From assembly GCA_031459915.1 (NCBI GenBank), contig JAVKHO010000009.1:49733-113732 (forward strand): a DNA stretch of 64,000 nt, written 5' to 3'. Position numbers and translations under genes: made by a program. Below, in pieces: positions 10,092-19,363 of this stretch. Position 1 is the first letter of the stretch; each line of letters starts with the position of its first letter. This DNA is from Candidatus Tepidifontimicrobium thermophilum (GTDB lineage: Bacteria > Sysuimicrobiota > Sysuimicrobiia > Sysuimicrobiales > Sysuimicrobiaceae). The notes under the pieces are model-generated. The model did not search any database. It saw nothing but the letters and a program-made list of their open reading frames with translations, and was not told where the DNA came from.

Positions 10092-10891
10092 CGGGGGCAC
10101 CCGAGAGGGGGGATCGCGGGGCCAGGGGGGCTGCCTCCGAGGGGACCGCAGACCGGTTCCTGAGCGCGGTGTTCGCGCCCGTGCGTTCCCGCAACGTGGT
10201 GGAGGAGACGGTGGAGCGCATCGCGGGGGTGATCAAGGCCCGCTTGGTCAAGGTCGGCGACCAGCTCCCGCCCGAACGGGAGCTGGCCCGGCGGCTCGGG
10301 ATCAGCCGGTCCACCCTGCGGGGCGCCCTGCGCATCCTGGTGGACGCGGGCTACCTGGAGGTCCGGCGCGGGCGGACCGGCGGGACCTTCGTGGCCCGGT
10401 GGCCGGACCTTCCGCGGGCGCGGGAACGGAGGGCGGTGCTGAACCGCGTCCGCCACGACATCCCCGCCATCCTGGACTTCCGCCGGGCCGTGGAGCCCGC
10501 GGCCGCGGAGCTGGCCGCGGAGCGGGCGTCCCCCGTGGAGATCCGGGAGCTGGGGCAGCTGCTGTCCAGCATGCGGGGTGCGGAGCGCAACTTTACCGTC
10601 TACCGCGCCTACGACGCCCGTTTCCACGTGGGGATCGCGGCGGCGGCAAAAAGTCCGCTCCTCCTGGACAGCGTGGTTCGGCTGCAGACGTCCCTCACGG
10701 AGATTTTGGACCTCATCGTGCACCACTCGGAGGAGGTGCTGCGCCACTCCACGGAGTACCACTGGCGGATCCTGGAGGCCATCCGCGAGCACCGTCCCGC
10801 GCAGGCGCGCCAGCTCATGCTGGATCACATCCGGGCCACGGAGAACATCGTGCACGGGCTGGTCCCCGAGGTGGAGGTGCCGGCGCGATGA
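10088..10891 (+). CDS. GntR/FadR-family transcriptional regulator
   Basis: GDQLPPERELARRLGISRSTLRGAL wHTH followed by an FCD domain (DARFH); TTGA overlap start, exact start uncertain. Confidence 0.9.
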   Translation: MTGAPERGDRGARGAASEGTADRFLSAVFAPVRSRNVVEETVERIAGVIKARLVKVGDQLPPERELARRLGISRSTLRGALRILVDAGYLEVRRGRTGGTFVARWPDLPRARERRAVLNRVRHDIPAILDFRRAVEPAAAELAAERASPVEIRELGQLLSSMRGAERNFTVYRAYDARFHVGIAAAAKSPLLLDSVVRLQTSLTEILDLIVHHSEEVLRHSTEYHWRILEAIREHRPAQARQLMLDHIRATENIVHGLVPEVEVPAR

Positions 10892-11295
10892 CCCGCAGCC
10901 AAGTGCCGCCAGAGGGCGCGTCTTCCGCCGTGCACGTGCTGCTGTACGATGGGGACTGCGGCTTCTGCCGGTGGGCGGTAGGGAGGGTGCTGGGTTGGGA
11001 CCGGGGGCGTCGGGTCCGCGCGTGCGCGCTGCAGGACCCGGAGGCGGCGCGGTGGCTGGGGGGGCTGCCGGAGGAAGTGCGGACGGCGTCGTGGCACCTG
11101 GTGGATCCCGAGGGCCGTGTAGCCTCCGGCGGCCGCGCGGTGGGACCCCTGCTGCGCTTGCTGCCCTTCGGCCGCCCCCTGGCAGCCCTGGCGGAGGCTT
11201 TCCCCAGGGTGACGGAAGCCGCCTACCGATGGGTGGCGCGCCACCGGTCCAGGCTGGGGCGGTTCGTCCGCGGGGGTTCGTGCGGCCAGCGTTAA
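10888..11295 (+). CDS. DCC1-like thiol-disulfide oxidoreductase (DUF393)
   Basis: LLYDGDCGFC motif and C-terminal AYRWVARHR; ATGA overlap. Confidence 0.88.
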   Translation: MTRSQVPPEGASSAVHVLLYDGDCGFCRWAVGRVLGWDRGRRVRACALQDPEAARWLGGLPEEVRTASWHLVDPEGRVASGGRAVGPLLRLLPFGRPLAALAEAFPRVTEAAYRWVARHRSRLGRFVRGGSCGQR

Positions 11296-11311
11296 CCGAC
11301 GGACCCCGCGG

Positions 11312-12295
11312 TCACGAGCCGCGTAGCTCTGGGGACGGCCGCAGGCGCAGGCCCTGCTCGCTGGGCTGGACCTCGGTACCGAGCTCCGCGCACAGCTCCC
11401 TCATGCGCTGGCAGATGGCCTCCCGCTCCCAGCCGTGCGCCAGCCCGGCCCGGAAGTGTCGGATGGTGGTGGGCACCAGCTCCACCTCCACGCCGCCCGG
11501 CTTCCACTCCAGGAGGAAGGCGAAGGACCAGTCGTTCCGCTCCACCTCGTCCACCGCGTAGTCGTCCACGAAGTCCCCACAGCTGTAGAGGACCGCGCAT
11601 GCGTCCACGAACTCCACGCCCCGGACGATGTGGGCGCTGTGGCCCCACACCACCTGGGCGCCTGCCCGGGCCAGCAAGCGTGCCGCCTCCCGGTGCTCCG
11701 GGAGGGGCCGGCGGCCCCAGTTGGGACCCCAGTGGGCGGAGACCACCACCGCGTCCACTTCGGCCGCCAGCTGGCGGGTGAGCTGCACCACCCGCTGGAA
11801 GCGGGGATCCTCGGGGTCTACGGGGGCGTAGAACACCCCGGGGCGGCCGGGTGCCGCTTCCCACCCGGGTTCGTTGTCGGTGAAGGCGACCAAGCCCACG
11901 CGAGTCCGCCCGCACGTCCACCGGGCCGGCCGCTGTGCCTCCTCCGCGTCCCTGCCCGCGCCCGCGTGGGCGATGCCCGCGGCGTCCAGCACCTGCAGGC
12001 AGTCCGCCAGGGCGTCCTCCCCGAAGTCCAGCACGTGGTTGTTCGCGAGGCTCACCGCCCGCACGCCCCCAGCTTCCAGCACCCGCACGTTCCGGGCATC
12101 CGAGCGGAACGTGAACAGCTTCCCGGGCCAGGGGGTCCCGCGGTCGGACAGCACGCACTCCAGGTTGCACACCACGCCGTCGGTGCCCCGCAGCACGGGC
12201 AGCACGTCTCCCCAGGGGTCCGTGGGAGGGCGGTTCTGCAGCGCCCGGTTCACCAACCGGCCCAGCATGACGTCTCCCAAAAACGCCAGCCTCAT
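11312..12295 (-). CDS. CapA/PGA_cap family metallophosphoesterase, no signal peptide
   Basis: LGDVMLGR, CNLE, SLANNH.LDFG, HWG, GHSAH motifs; SD GGGGGA upstream of ATG 12295. Confidence 0.88.
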   Translation of the reverse strand: MRLAFLGDVMLGRLVNRALQNRPPTDPWGDVLPVLRGTDGVVCNLECVLSDRGTPWPGKLFTFRSDARNVRVLEAGGVRAVSLANNHVLDFGEDALADCLQVLDAAGIAHAGAGRDAEEAQRPARWTCGRTRVGLVAFTDNEPGWEAAPGRPGVFYAPVDPEDPRFQRVVQLTRQLAAEVDAVVVSAHWGPNWGRRPLPEHREAARLLARAGAQVVWGHSAHIVRGVEFVDACAVLYSCGDFVDDYAVDEVERNDWSFAFLLEWKPGGVEVELVPTTIRHFRAGLAHGWEREAICQRMRELCAELGTEVQPSEQGLRLRPSPELRGS

Positions 12296-12380
12296 GTCGT
12301 CCCCCGCGGAGGGAAGTCCGGGCCCTGCGCCGTAGCATCCCTGCGTTGCGCAGGATACCACGCGCGGGGCGGGGAGGGCC

Positions 12381-13124
12381 GTGGAGATCTGGATGAAGGC
12401 GGTGCCGTGTGGCCGGCTGCAGCCGGGACAGGATCTGGGCGCGTGGGTGGCTGACGCCCTGGAGCGGTCCGGGCTGCGGCCGCAGGACGGAGACGTCGTG
12501 GTGGTGGCCCACAAGGTGGTCTCGGTGGCGGAGGGGCGGGTGGTGCGCCTGGAGGAGGTCCGGCCTTCTGCGGCGGCTGTGCAACTCGCGCACCAGACGG
12601 GCAAGGACCCGCGGCTGGTGGAGCTGGTGCTGCGGGAGTCCACGGAGATCGTCCGTGCGCGTCCCGGTCTGCTGATCACACGGCACCGGCTCGGATTCGT
12701 GTGCGCCAACGGCGGCGTCGACCGTTCCAACGCGGGCCCGGGGTGTGCCGTCCTGCTGCCCGCTGACCCCGACGGATCCGCGCGGCGCCTGCGGGAGGCT
12801 CTGCGGGCCCGCTTCGGATGCCAGGTGGGCGTGGTGGTGGCGGACACCCACGGCCGCGCACACCGGGAGGGCGCGGTGGGGGTGTGCGTGGGGGTCGCGG
12901 GCCTGCAGCCGCTACTGGACCACCGCGGGCGGCACGACCTGTACGGGTACGTCCTGTCTAGCTCCGTGGAGGCGGTGGCGGACGAGCTGGCGTCCGCGGC
13001 CACCCTCCTGATGGGCCAGGCGGACGAGAACCGCCCCCTCGTGCTGATCCGGGGCTGGTCCGCCAGGGGCGAGGGCAGCGCCCGGGCGCTGGTGCGGCGC
13101 CCGGAGCGTGACCTCTTCCGCTAG
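12381..13124 (+). CDS. cofE: Coenzyme F420-0:L-glutamate ligase-like protein
   Basis: GDVVVVAHKVVSVAEGR, CANGGVDRSN, LLPADPD.SA..LR, DTHGR..R.G, ADELASAA, C-terminal DLFR. Confidence 0.9.
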   Translation: MEIWMKAVPCGRLQPGQDLGAWVADALERSGLRPQDGDVVVVAHKVVSVAEGRVVRLEEVRPSAAAVQLAHQTGKDPRLVELVLRESTEIVRARPGLLITRHRLGFVCANGGVDRSNAGPGCAVLLPADPDGSARRLREALRARFGCQVGVVVADTHGRAHREGAVGVCVGVAGLQPLLDHRGRHDLYGYVLSSSVEAVADELASAATLLMGQADENRPLVLIRGWSARGEGSARALVRRPERDLFR

Positions 13125-13216
13125 GTTTGCGGGACGCGTTCCCGCAGGGGCGAAGGTGCCCGCGCTCCCACACCGGCCGGGTCATTGCGGTGGTCCCCAC
13201 GGTGGTGTTGACGCCC

Positions 13217-13227
13217 TGTGCTACGAT
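13217..13227 (+). promoter_or_regulatory. Extended -10 promoter candidate for topA
   Basis: TGTGCTACGAT about 36 nt upstream of the GTG start. Confidence 0.45.
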
Positions 13228-13263
13228 GGGGCCGACCGAAGGGGGTATGCGGCGGGGATCGCG

Positions 13264-15369
13264 GTGTCGAAGAAGAGCCTGGTGATCGTCGAGTCGCCCA
13301 CGAAGGCCCGCACCCTGAAGAAGCTGCTGGACCGCCGCTTCCGGGTGCTGGCGTCCATGGGGCACGTGCGCGACCTGCCCAAGTCGAAGTTGGGCGTGGA
13401 CGTGGACAACGGGTTCGCGCCCCACTACATCGTGATCAAGGGTAAGGGTCCCGTCCTGAAGGAGCTGCGGGAGGCGGCCAAGGACGCCGACACCGTGTAC
13501 CTGGCTGCCGACCCCGACCGCGAGGGCGAGGCCATCTCCTGGCACCTGCAGACCCTCCTGAACGGGATGAACCCCAACATCCGCCGCATCGAGTTCCACG
13601 AGGTGACCCGGGAAGCGGTGCGCCGCGCCCTGCAGCACCCCCGGGACATCGACATGAACCGCGTGGCGGCGCAGCAGGCGCGGCGGGTGCTGGACCGGCT
13701 GGTGGGCTACAAGCTCAGCCCGCTTCTCTGGCGGAAGGTGCGGGGCGGGCTGAGCGCGGGCCGGGTGCAGTCCGTGGCCCTCCGCCTGGTGTGCGACCGC
13801 GAGCGGGAGATCGAGGCCTTCACCCCGCAGGAGTACTGGACCATCACCGCGCGCCTCAGCCGCCAGAACGACGACACCGTCTTCGAGGCCCGGCTGGTCT
13901 TTCGGGGCGACGCCAAGGTGGAACTCGCCCGCGAGGAGGAGGCCCGACGCGTCCTGGAGGAGCTGGAGGCCGCGGACTACCGGGTGGCGGAGGTACGCCG
14001 CCGGGACCAGCAACGGCACCCCGCACCGCCGTTCATCACCAGCACCCTGCAGCAGGAGGCCAACCGTCGGCTGGGCTACTCTGCCTCCCGGACCATGTCC
14101 CTGGCGCAGCAGCTGTACGAGGGGCTGGACGTGGGCGAGGAAGGTACCGTGGGGTTGATCACCTACATGCGCACCGACTCCGTGCGGGTGGCCTCGTCCG
14201 CGCAGGAGGAGGCGCGGGCGTTCGTGCGGGAGCGGTGGGGCCCCTCGTACGTGCCGCCGCAGCCGCGCCGTTACACCGCGCGCCGGGGCGCCCAGGACGC
14301 CCACGAGGCCATCCGTCCCACCTCGGTGTTCCGCACGCCAGAGAAGGTGAAGCCGTACCTGCGGCCGGACCAGTACAAGCTGTACCGGCTCATCTGGGAG
14401 CGGTTCGTGGCGAGCCAGATGAGCTCCGCGGTGCTGGACACCCTGGCGGTGGACGTGGCCGCGGGCGACTACCTCCTGCGGGCCACCGGACAGCGGGTCA
14501 AGTTCCCGGGCTTCCTCGTGGTGTACCGGGAGCTGTCCGCAGACGGCGAGGAGCTTTTGGAGGGCTGGCTGCCGGAACTGGTGCCGGGGGAACCCCTGCG
14601 GCTGGTCGAACTGGTCCCGCAGCAGCACTTCACCCAGCCCCCGCCCCGGTACACGGAGGCGACCCTCGTGCGGGCCTTGGAGGAAAAGGGGATCGGTCGG
14701 CCGTCTACCTACGCGCCCACCCTGGAGACCATCAAGAAGCGGGGCTACGTGCGGGTGGTGGACCGGCGGTTGGTGCCGACGGAGCTGGGACGGTTGGTGA
14801 ACGACCTGCTCCTGGAGCACTTCCCGGACATCGTGGACGTGGGGTTCACCGCGCACCTGGAGGAGGACCTGGACCGGGTGGAGGAGGGCCAGGCCGACTG
14901 GGTGGCTGTGGTGCGGGAGTTCTACGAGCCCTTCGAGCGGGACCTCCAGCGGGCCGAGGTCTTGATCGAGGAAGTGGACGCGAAGCCGGAACCCACGGGG
15001 GAGGCGTGCCCGGCCTGCGGTCGGGAACTGGTGCGCAAACAGGGCCGGTTCGGTGCCTTCATCGCGTGCAGCGGCTACCCGGCGTGCACCTACACCCGGC
15101 CCGTGGGCATCGGGGTGACCTGTCCGAAGTGCGGCGGGGAGGTGGTGGAACGCCGGTCCCGTCGGGGCCGCATCTTCTACGGGTGTGCCAACTACCCGTC
15201 CTGCGACTTCACCTCGTGGGACCGGCCCACGGACCGGCGCTGCAGCCGCTGCGGCTACCCCATGGCGCTGCGCCGGTCCCGGAGGGGGGACACCTACTAC
15301 CGGTGCGTGAACACCTCGTGCAGGGCCACCGAGACCCAGCAGGCGCCGGAGCCCGTGGCCGCGCGCTGA
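13264..15369 (+). CDS. topA: DNA topoisomerase I
   Basis: LVIVESPTKA, DPDREGE, SAGRVQS, ITYMRTDS; C-terminal Zn ribbons. Confidence 0.97.
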   Translation: MSKKSLVIVESPTKARTLKKLLDRRFRVLASMGHVRDLPKSKLGVDVDNGFAPHYIVIKGKGPVLKELREAAKDADTVYLAADPDREGEAISWHLQTLLNGMNPNIRRIEFHEVTREAVRRALQHPRDIDMNRVAAQQARRVLDRLVGYKLSPLLWRKVRGGLSAGRVQSVALRLVCDREREIEAFTPQEYWTITARLSRQNDDTVFEARLVFRGDAKVELAREEEARRVLEELEAADYRVAEVRRRDQQRHPAPPFITSTLQQEANRRLGYSASRTMSLAQQLYEGLDVGEEGTVGLITYMRTDSVRVASSAQEEARAFVRERWGPSYVPPQPRRYTARRGAQDAHEAIRPTSVFRTPEKVKPYLRPDQYKLYRLIWERFVASQMSSAVLDTLAVDVAAGDYLLRATGQRVKFPGFLVVYRELSADGEELLEGWLPELVPGEPLRLVELVPQQHFTQPPPRYTEATLVRALEEKGIGRPSTYAPTLETIKKRGYVRVVDRRLVPTELGRLVNDLLLEHFPDIVDVGFTAHLEEDLDRVEEGQADWVAVVREFYEPFERDLQRAEVLIEEVDAKPEPTGEACPACGRELVRKQGRFGAFIACSGYPACTYTRPVGIGVTCPKCGGEVVERRSRRGRIFYGCANYPSCDFTSWDRPTDRRCSRCGYPMALRRSRRGDTYYRCVNTSCRATETQQAPEPVAAR

Positions 15370-16253
15370 GGCCGCTCCTGCTGGACGTCCGCGGCTTCCT
15401 GCGGGTGCTGCGGGCAGAGCGGGGGGCTTCGAGCCACACCCTGGCCGCGTACGCCCGCGACGCGGCTCACTTCCTGGACTTCCTGGCGGCGGAGGGGGTC
15501 ACCGGCTGGTCGCAGGTGGACGTGGCCCGGGCCCGACGGTATCTGGTGCGCCTAGCCACCTCGCGCTCGCGGGCCACAGTGGCCCGGCGGCTCAGCGCCC
15601 TGCGGAGCTTGTTCCGGTTCCTGGTGCGCACCGGGCGCGTTCCTGCCAACCCGTTCCGCGGGCTCCGAGCTCCCCGGCGGGGTCGCCGGCTGCCTAACTA
15701 CCTGAGCCCCGCGCAGGTCCGGGCACTGCTGGAAGCCCCGGACACCGCCACGCCCCTGGGCCTGCGCGACCGGGCGCTGCTGGAGCTGCTGTACGGTTCT
15801 GGACTGCGGCTGCGGGAGGCGCTGGCCCTGCGGGCCGAGGACGTGCGGTCCGGGCGGGAGGTGCGGGTGGTGGGGAAGGGCGACCGGGAGCGGGTGGTGC
15901 TGCTGACCCGGGCCGCCCGGTCGGCCCTGGACGCCTACCTGGAACGCGGCCGGCCCCACTTGGCCAAGCCGGGGGTGGAAGCCCTGTTCGTCAACCACCG
16001 GGGCCGGCCTCTTTCTGCCCGGGGAGCCCAACGGGTGGTGGCCGGGTACGTGCGGGCGTCCATGGGCGCCGTGCGCGCGACCCCCCACACCCTGCGGCAC
16101 ACCTTCGCCACCCACCTGCTGGACGGCGGCGCGGACCTGCGCTCGGTGCAGGAGCTGCTGGGCCACCGGAGCCTCCAGACCACCCAGGTGTACACCCACA
16201 CCACCCGGGCGCGGCTCAAGGAGGTCTACGACCGCGCACACCCGCGCGCCTGA
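15366..16253 (+). CDS. xerC: Tyrosine recombinase XerC (probable CTG start)
   Basis: N-terminal SAM domain FLRVLRAERGASSHTLAAYARD; LYGSGLR, GKG, HTLRH, LLGH, TQVY; topA-xerC-hslVU synteny. Confidence 0.9.
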   Translation: MRPLLLDVRGFLRVLRAERGASSHTLAAYARDAAHFLDFLAAEGVTGWSQVDVARARRYLVRLATSRSRATVARRLSALRSLFRFLVRTGRVPANPFRGLRAPRRGRRLPNYLSPAQVRALLEAPDTATPLGLRDRALLELLYGSGLRLREALALRAEDVRSGREVRVVGKGDRERVVLLTRAARSALDAYLERGRPHLAKPGVEALFVNHRGRPLSARGAQRVVAGYVRASMGAVRATPHTLRHTFATHLLDGGADLRSVQELLGHRSLQTTQVYTHTTRARLKEVYDRAHPRA

Positions 16254-16348
16254 CACGCCACCGCTGCGAAACCTGGCGGGACCGTCAACTCGGGCCCTGA
16301 AGCCGGACGCTCCTGGTGGCCTGACACCACCACGCGGTAGACTGCCAG

Positions 16349-16885
16349 GTGGAGATGGCGCGGACGTCGCACACCACGGTGCTGGCGGTGTTGCGGGACG
16401 GTCGGGCGGCCCTGGGGTCCGACGGCCAGGTCACCCTGGGCCAGACGGTGCTCAAGCACGGCGCCAGCAAGGTCCGCCGCATCGGCGACGACGTGTTGGC
16501 CGGGTTCGCGGGCAGCGCCGCGGACGGGCTCACCCTGTTCGAGCGGTTCGAGGCCAAGCTCAGCGAGCACCGCGGAAACCTGCCGCGGGCTGCGGTGGCC
16601 CTGGCCAAGGACTGGCGCACCGACCGCACCCTGCGGCGTCTGGAGGCGGTGCTGGTGGTTTGCAACCGGGAGCACCTGTTGATCCTTTCGGGCAGCGGGG
16701 ACGTGGTGGAGCCGGACGACGGGGTGGCGGGGGTGGGAAGCGGGGGGCCCTACGCCCTGGCCGCTGCCCGGGCACTGCTGCGGCACACGGACCTGCCCGT
16801 GGACGCGGTGGTGCGGGAGGCGCTGCGGATCGCCGCGGAGATCTGCGTTTACACGAACGACCGGATCGTGGTGGAGACCCTGTAG
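16349..16885 (+). CDS. hslV: ATP-dependent protease subunit HslV/ClpQ
   Basis: TTVLAV N-terminal Thr, [20 protein letters not shown]; start at 16349 or 16355. Confidence 0.96.
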   Translation: MEMARTSHTTVLAVLRDGRAALGSDGQVTLGQTVLKHGASKVRRIGDDVLAGFAGSAADGLTLFERFEAKLSEHRGNLPRAAVALAKDWRTDRTLRRLEAVLVVCNREHLLILSGSGDVVEPDDGVAGVGSGGPYALAAARALLRHTDLPVDAVVREALRIAAEICVYTNDRIVVETL

Positions 16886-16924
16886 TCCGGCGTTCCTCGG
16901 GGTGGTTCAGGGATGGGTTTCCGC

Positions 16925-18310
16925 ATGGAGGAACTCACACCGCGCCGCATCGTCGCGGAGCTCGACAAGCACATCGTGGGCCAGGAGGCAGCCAAGCGGG
17001 CCGTGGCGGTGGCGCTGCGCAACCGCTACCGCCGCAGCCTGCTGCCCGAGCCCCTGCGCCGGGACGTGATCCCCAAGAACATCCTGATGATCGGGCCCAC
17101 GGGGGTCGGGAAGACCGAGATTGCCCGCCGGGTGGCCCGGCTCGTGGACGCGCCCTTCGTGAAGGTGGAGGCCACCAAGTTCACCGAGGTGGGGTACGTG
17201 GGGCGCGACGTGGACTCTATGATCCGCGACCTGGTGGAGGTCTCCGTGCAGATGGTGAAGCAGGAGCGCATACGGGCCGTTCAGCCCGAGGCGGAGCGTC
17301 TGGCCCGGGAGCGCATGCTCCGGATCCTGGTCCCCGACCCGCCGCGGCCCGCTTTTTCGAACCCCCTGGAGGCCCTGCTCGGACGCACCCCCACGGTCCC
17401 CGAGAGCAGCTACGGGCGGGAGCAGCAGGAGGTGGAGGAACGGCGACGGCTCCTCCGGCCCCGCCTGGAGGCCGGGGAACTGGACCGCGAGGTGGTGGAG
17501 GTGGAGGTCGAGGAGCAGACCTTCCCCACCATCGAGTTGATCGGCGCGCAGGGTGTGGAGGAGATGGGGATCAACCTGCAGGACCTGCTGGGCGGCCTCC
17601 TGCCCAAGCGGCGGAAGCGCCGGCGGGTGACGGTGGCGGAGGGGCTGCGGATCCTCGTGCAGGAGGAGGCCAGCAAGCTCATCGACCACGAAGAGGCCCA
17701 GCGGGAGGGGGTGCGCCGGGCGGAGGAACTGGGGATCGTGTTCATCGACGAGATCGACAAGATCGCCGGCTCGGGGCCGTCCGTGGGCCCGGACGTCTCC
17801 CGGGAGGGCGTGCAGCGGGACCTGCTACCCATCGTGGAAGGGTGTACGGTGACCACCCGGTACGGCCCTGTCCGGACCGACCACGTCCTGTTCCTGTGCG
17901 CGGGCGCTTTCCACTCCAGCAAGCCCTCCGACCTCATCCCGGAGCTGCAGGGCCGGCTGCCCATCCGGGTGGAGCTCGAGCGGCTCACCCCCCGCGACTT
18001 CGTGCGGATCCTCACGGAGCCGGAGAACAGCCTGACCAAGCAGGTGCAGGCCCTCCTGGCCACCGAAGGGGTGGAGGTGGTGTTCACCCCCGACGGGGTG
18101 GAGGCCATCGCCCGCATCGCCCACGAGATCAACGAGCGCACCGAGGACATCGGCGCGCGGCGCCTGCACACGGTGCTGGAGCGGGTGACGGAGGAGATCA
18201 GCTTCGAGGCCCCGGAAGGGCCCCGTCAGGTGGTGATCGACGAGGCGTACGTGCGCCGGCGCCTGGAGCCCTTCCTGCGGGACCGCGACCTCAGCCGGTA
18301 CATCCTCTAG
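16925..18310 (+). CDS. hslU: ATP-dependent protease ATPase subunit HslU/ClpY
   Basis: [37 protein letters not shown]-terminal LSRYIL. Confidence 0.97.
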   Translation: MEELTPRRIVAELDKHIVGQEAAKRAVAVALRNRYRRSLLPEPLRRDVIPKNILMIGPTGVGKTEIARRVARLVDAPFVKVEATKFTEVGYVGRDVDSMIRDLVEVSVQMVKQERIRAVQPEAERLARERMLRILVPDPPRPAFSNPLEALLGRTPTVPESSYGREQQEVEERRRLLRPRLEAGELDREVVEVEVEEQTFPTIELIGAQGVEEMGINLQDLLGGLLPKRRKRRRVTVAEGLRILVQEEASKLIDHEEAQREGVRRAEELGIVFIDEIDKIAGSGPSVGPDVSREGVQRDLLPIVEGCTVTTRYGPVRTDHVLFLCAGAFHSSKPSDLIPELQGRLPIRVELERLTPRDFVRILTEPENSLTKQVQALLATEGVEVVFTPDGVEAIARIAHEINERTEDIGARRLHTVLERVTEEISFEAPEGPRQVVIDEAYVRRRLEPFLRDRDLSRYIL

Positions 18311-18392
18311 CTGTAGGACGCTCGGGCCGTTGCCCGGGTCAGGTCCTTCGAGGACGGTGCCCGGGCGGGAGGGACCTCCCGGGCGTCGGTGC

Positions 18393-18403
18393 TGTGGTAT
18401 ACT
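18393..18403 (+). promoter_or_regulatory. Extended -10 promoter of the rpsB-tsf operon
   Basis: TGTGGTATACT, near-consensus TRTGn-TATAAT. Confidence 0.75.
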
Positions 18404-18410
18404 ACGGCGG

Positions 18411-18513
18411 GCGCGGGCCCTGCGGGCCCGCGTACTTTTGCACGCCCGCCACCCGGGCCGCGTGGCCTGGGGTTCCGGTCCCCGTTCTGGGGGAGGGCGG
18501 GCGGAGGCCAACC
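18411..18513 (+). ncRNA. rpsB (S2) autoregulatory leader RNA
   Basis: Hairpin 18411-18433; then CA-CGCCCGCC(18443-50)...GGCGGGCG(18496-503)-GAGGCCAACC, resembling the CAC-stem-GGAGG..AACC core of S2 leaders. Confidence 0.65.
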
Positions 18514-18526
18514 GGGAGGGTGTTCC

Positions 18527-19363
18527 GTGCCGGTCGTCACCATGAAGCAGCTGCTGGAGGCGGGGGTCCACTTCGGGCACCAGACCCGGAGGTGGAACCC
18601 CAAGATGGCCCGCTTCATCTTCACCGAACGCAACGGCATCCACATCATCGACCTGCAGAAGTCCGTCCCGCTGTTCGAGGAGGCGTACCGGTTCGTTCGG
18701 GACACGGTGGCCGACGGGAGCCTGGTGCTGTTCGTGGGCACCAAGAAGCAGGCCCAGGACGCGATCCGGGAGGAGGCCCAGCGCGCCGGGATGCCCTACG
18801 TGAACCAGCGGTGGCTGGGGGGGATGCTGACCAACTTCCACACCATCCGCAAGCGGGTGGAGCGGTTGCGGGAGATCGAGCAGCTTCGGGACACGGGCCA
18901 GCTGGACCTGCTGCCCAAGAAGGAGCAGGCGAAGGTCCTGGACGAGCTGGCCCGGCTGGAGAAGTACCTGGGCGGGATCAAGACCATGAACCGGCTGCCC
19001 GGCGCGGTATACGTGGTCGACACCCGGAAGGAGCGCATCGCGGTGCTGGAGGCCCGCAAGCTGCGGATCCCCCTGGTGGCCATCGTGGACACGAACTGCG
19101 ATCCGGACGAGATCGACTACCCCATCCCCGGCAACGACGACGCTATCCGGGCGGTACGGCTGGTGACCAGCCGGATCGCGGACGCCTGCCTGGAAGGGCT
19201 GGAGGAGCGGCGCAAGCGGGTCGGCGAGGTGGGCGAGGAAGTGGCGGCGGAGCCGGCCCCCGGGGCCGAGGTGCCGGCCGAGGAGGAGAAGCCGGAGCCG
19301 GAGGAGCTGGGGATGGAGGAGGCGGCCTACGAAGCGTACGACGAGGAGGACGTGGAGGTCTAG
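18527..19363 (+). CDS. rpsB: 30S ribosomal protein S2 with acidic C-terminal tail
   Basis: [25 protein letters not shown] after GGGAGG. Confidence 0.98.
   Translation: MPVVTMKQLLEAGVHFGHQTRRWNPKMARFIFTERNGIHIIDLQKSVPLFEEAYRFVRDTVADGSLVLFVGTKKQAQDAIREEAQRAGMPYVNQRWLGGMLTNFHTIRKRVERLREIEQLRDTGQLDLLPKKEQAKVLDELARLEKYLGGIKTMNRLPGAVYVVDTRKERIAVLEARKLRIPLVAIVDTNCDPDEIDYPIPGNDDAIRAVRLVTSRIADACLEGLEERRKRVGEVGEEVAAEPAPGAEVPAEEEKPEPEELGMEEAAYEAYDEEDVEV

Noticed and set aside
11312..12295. Poly-gamma-glutamate capsule locus
   Set aside because: No capB/capC nearby, and the CapA-like protein lacks a membrane anchor
13791..15365. Apparent 820-aa recombinase with a long N-terminal extension
   Set aside because: The extension is an off-frame reading of topA; XerC homology begins only near 15366
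15366..16253. Tyrosine recombinase as an integrase of a mobile element
   Set aside because: Housekeeping topA-xerC-hslVU context; no att repeats, cargo or composition shift seen
18320..18385. GC hairpins after hslU as an ncRNA or terminator
   Set aside because: Short stems with no U-tract or recognisable motif; expected by chance at this GC level
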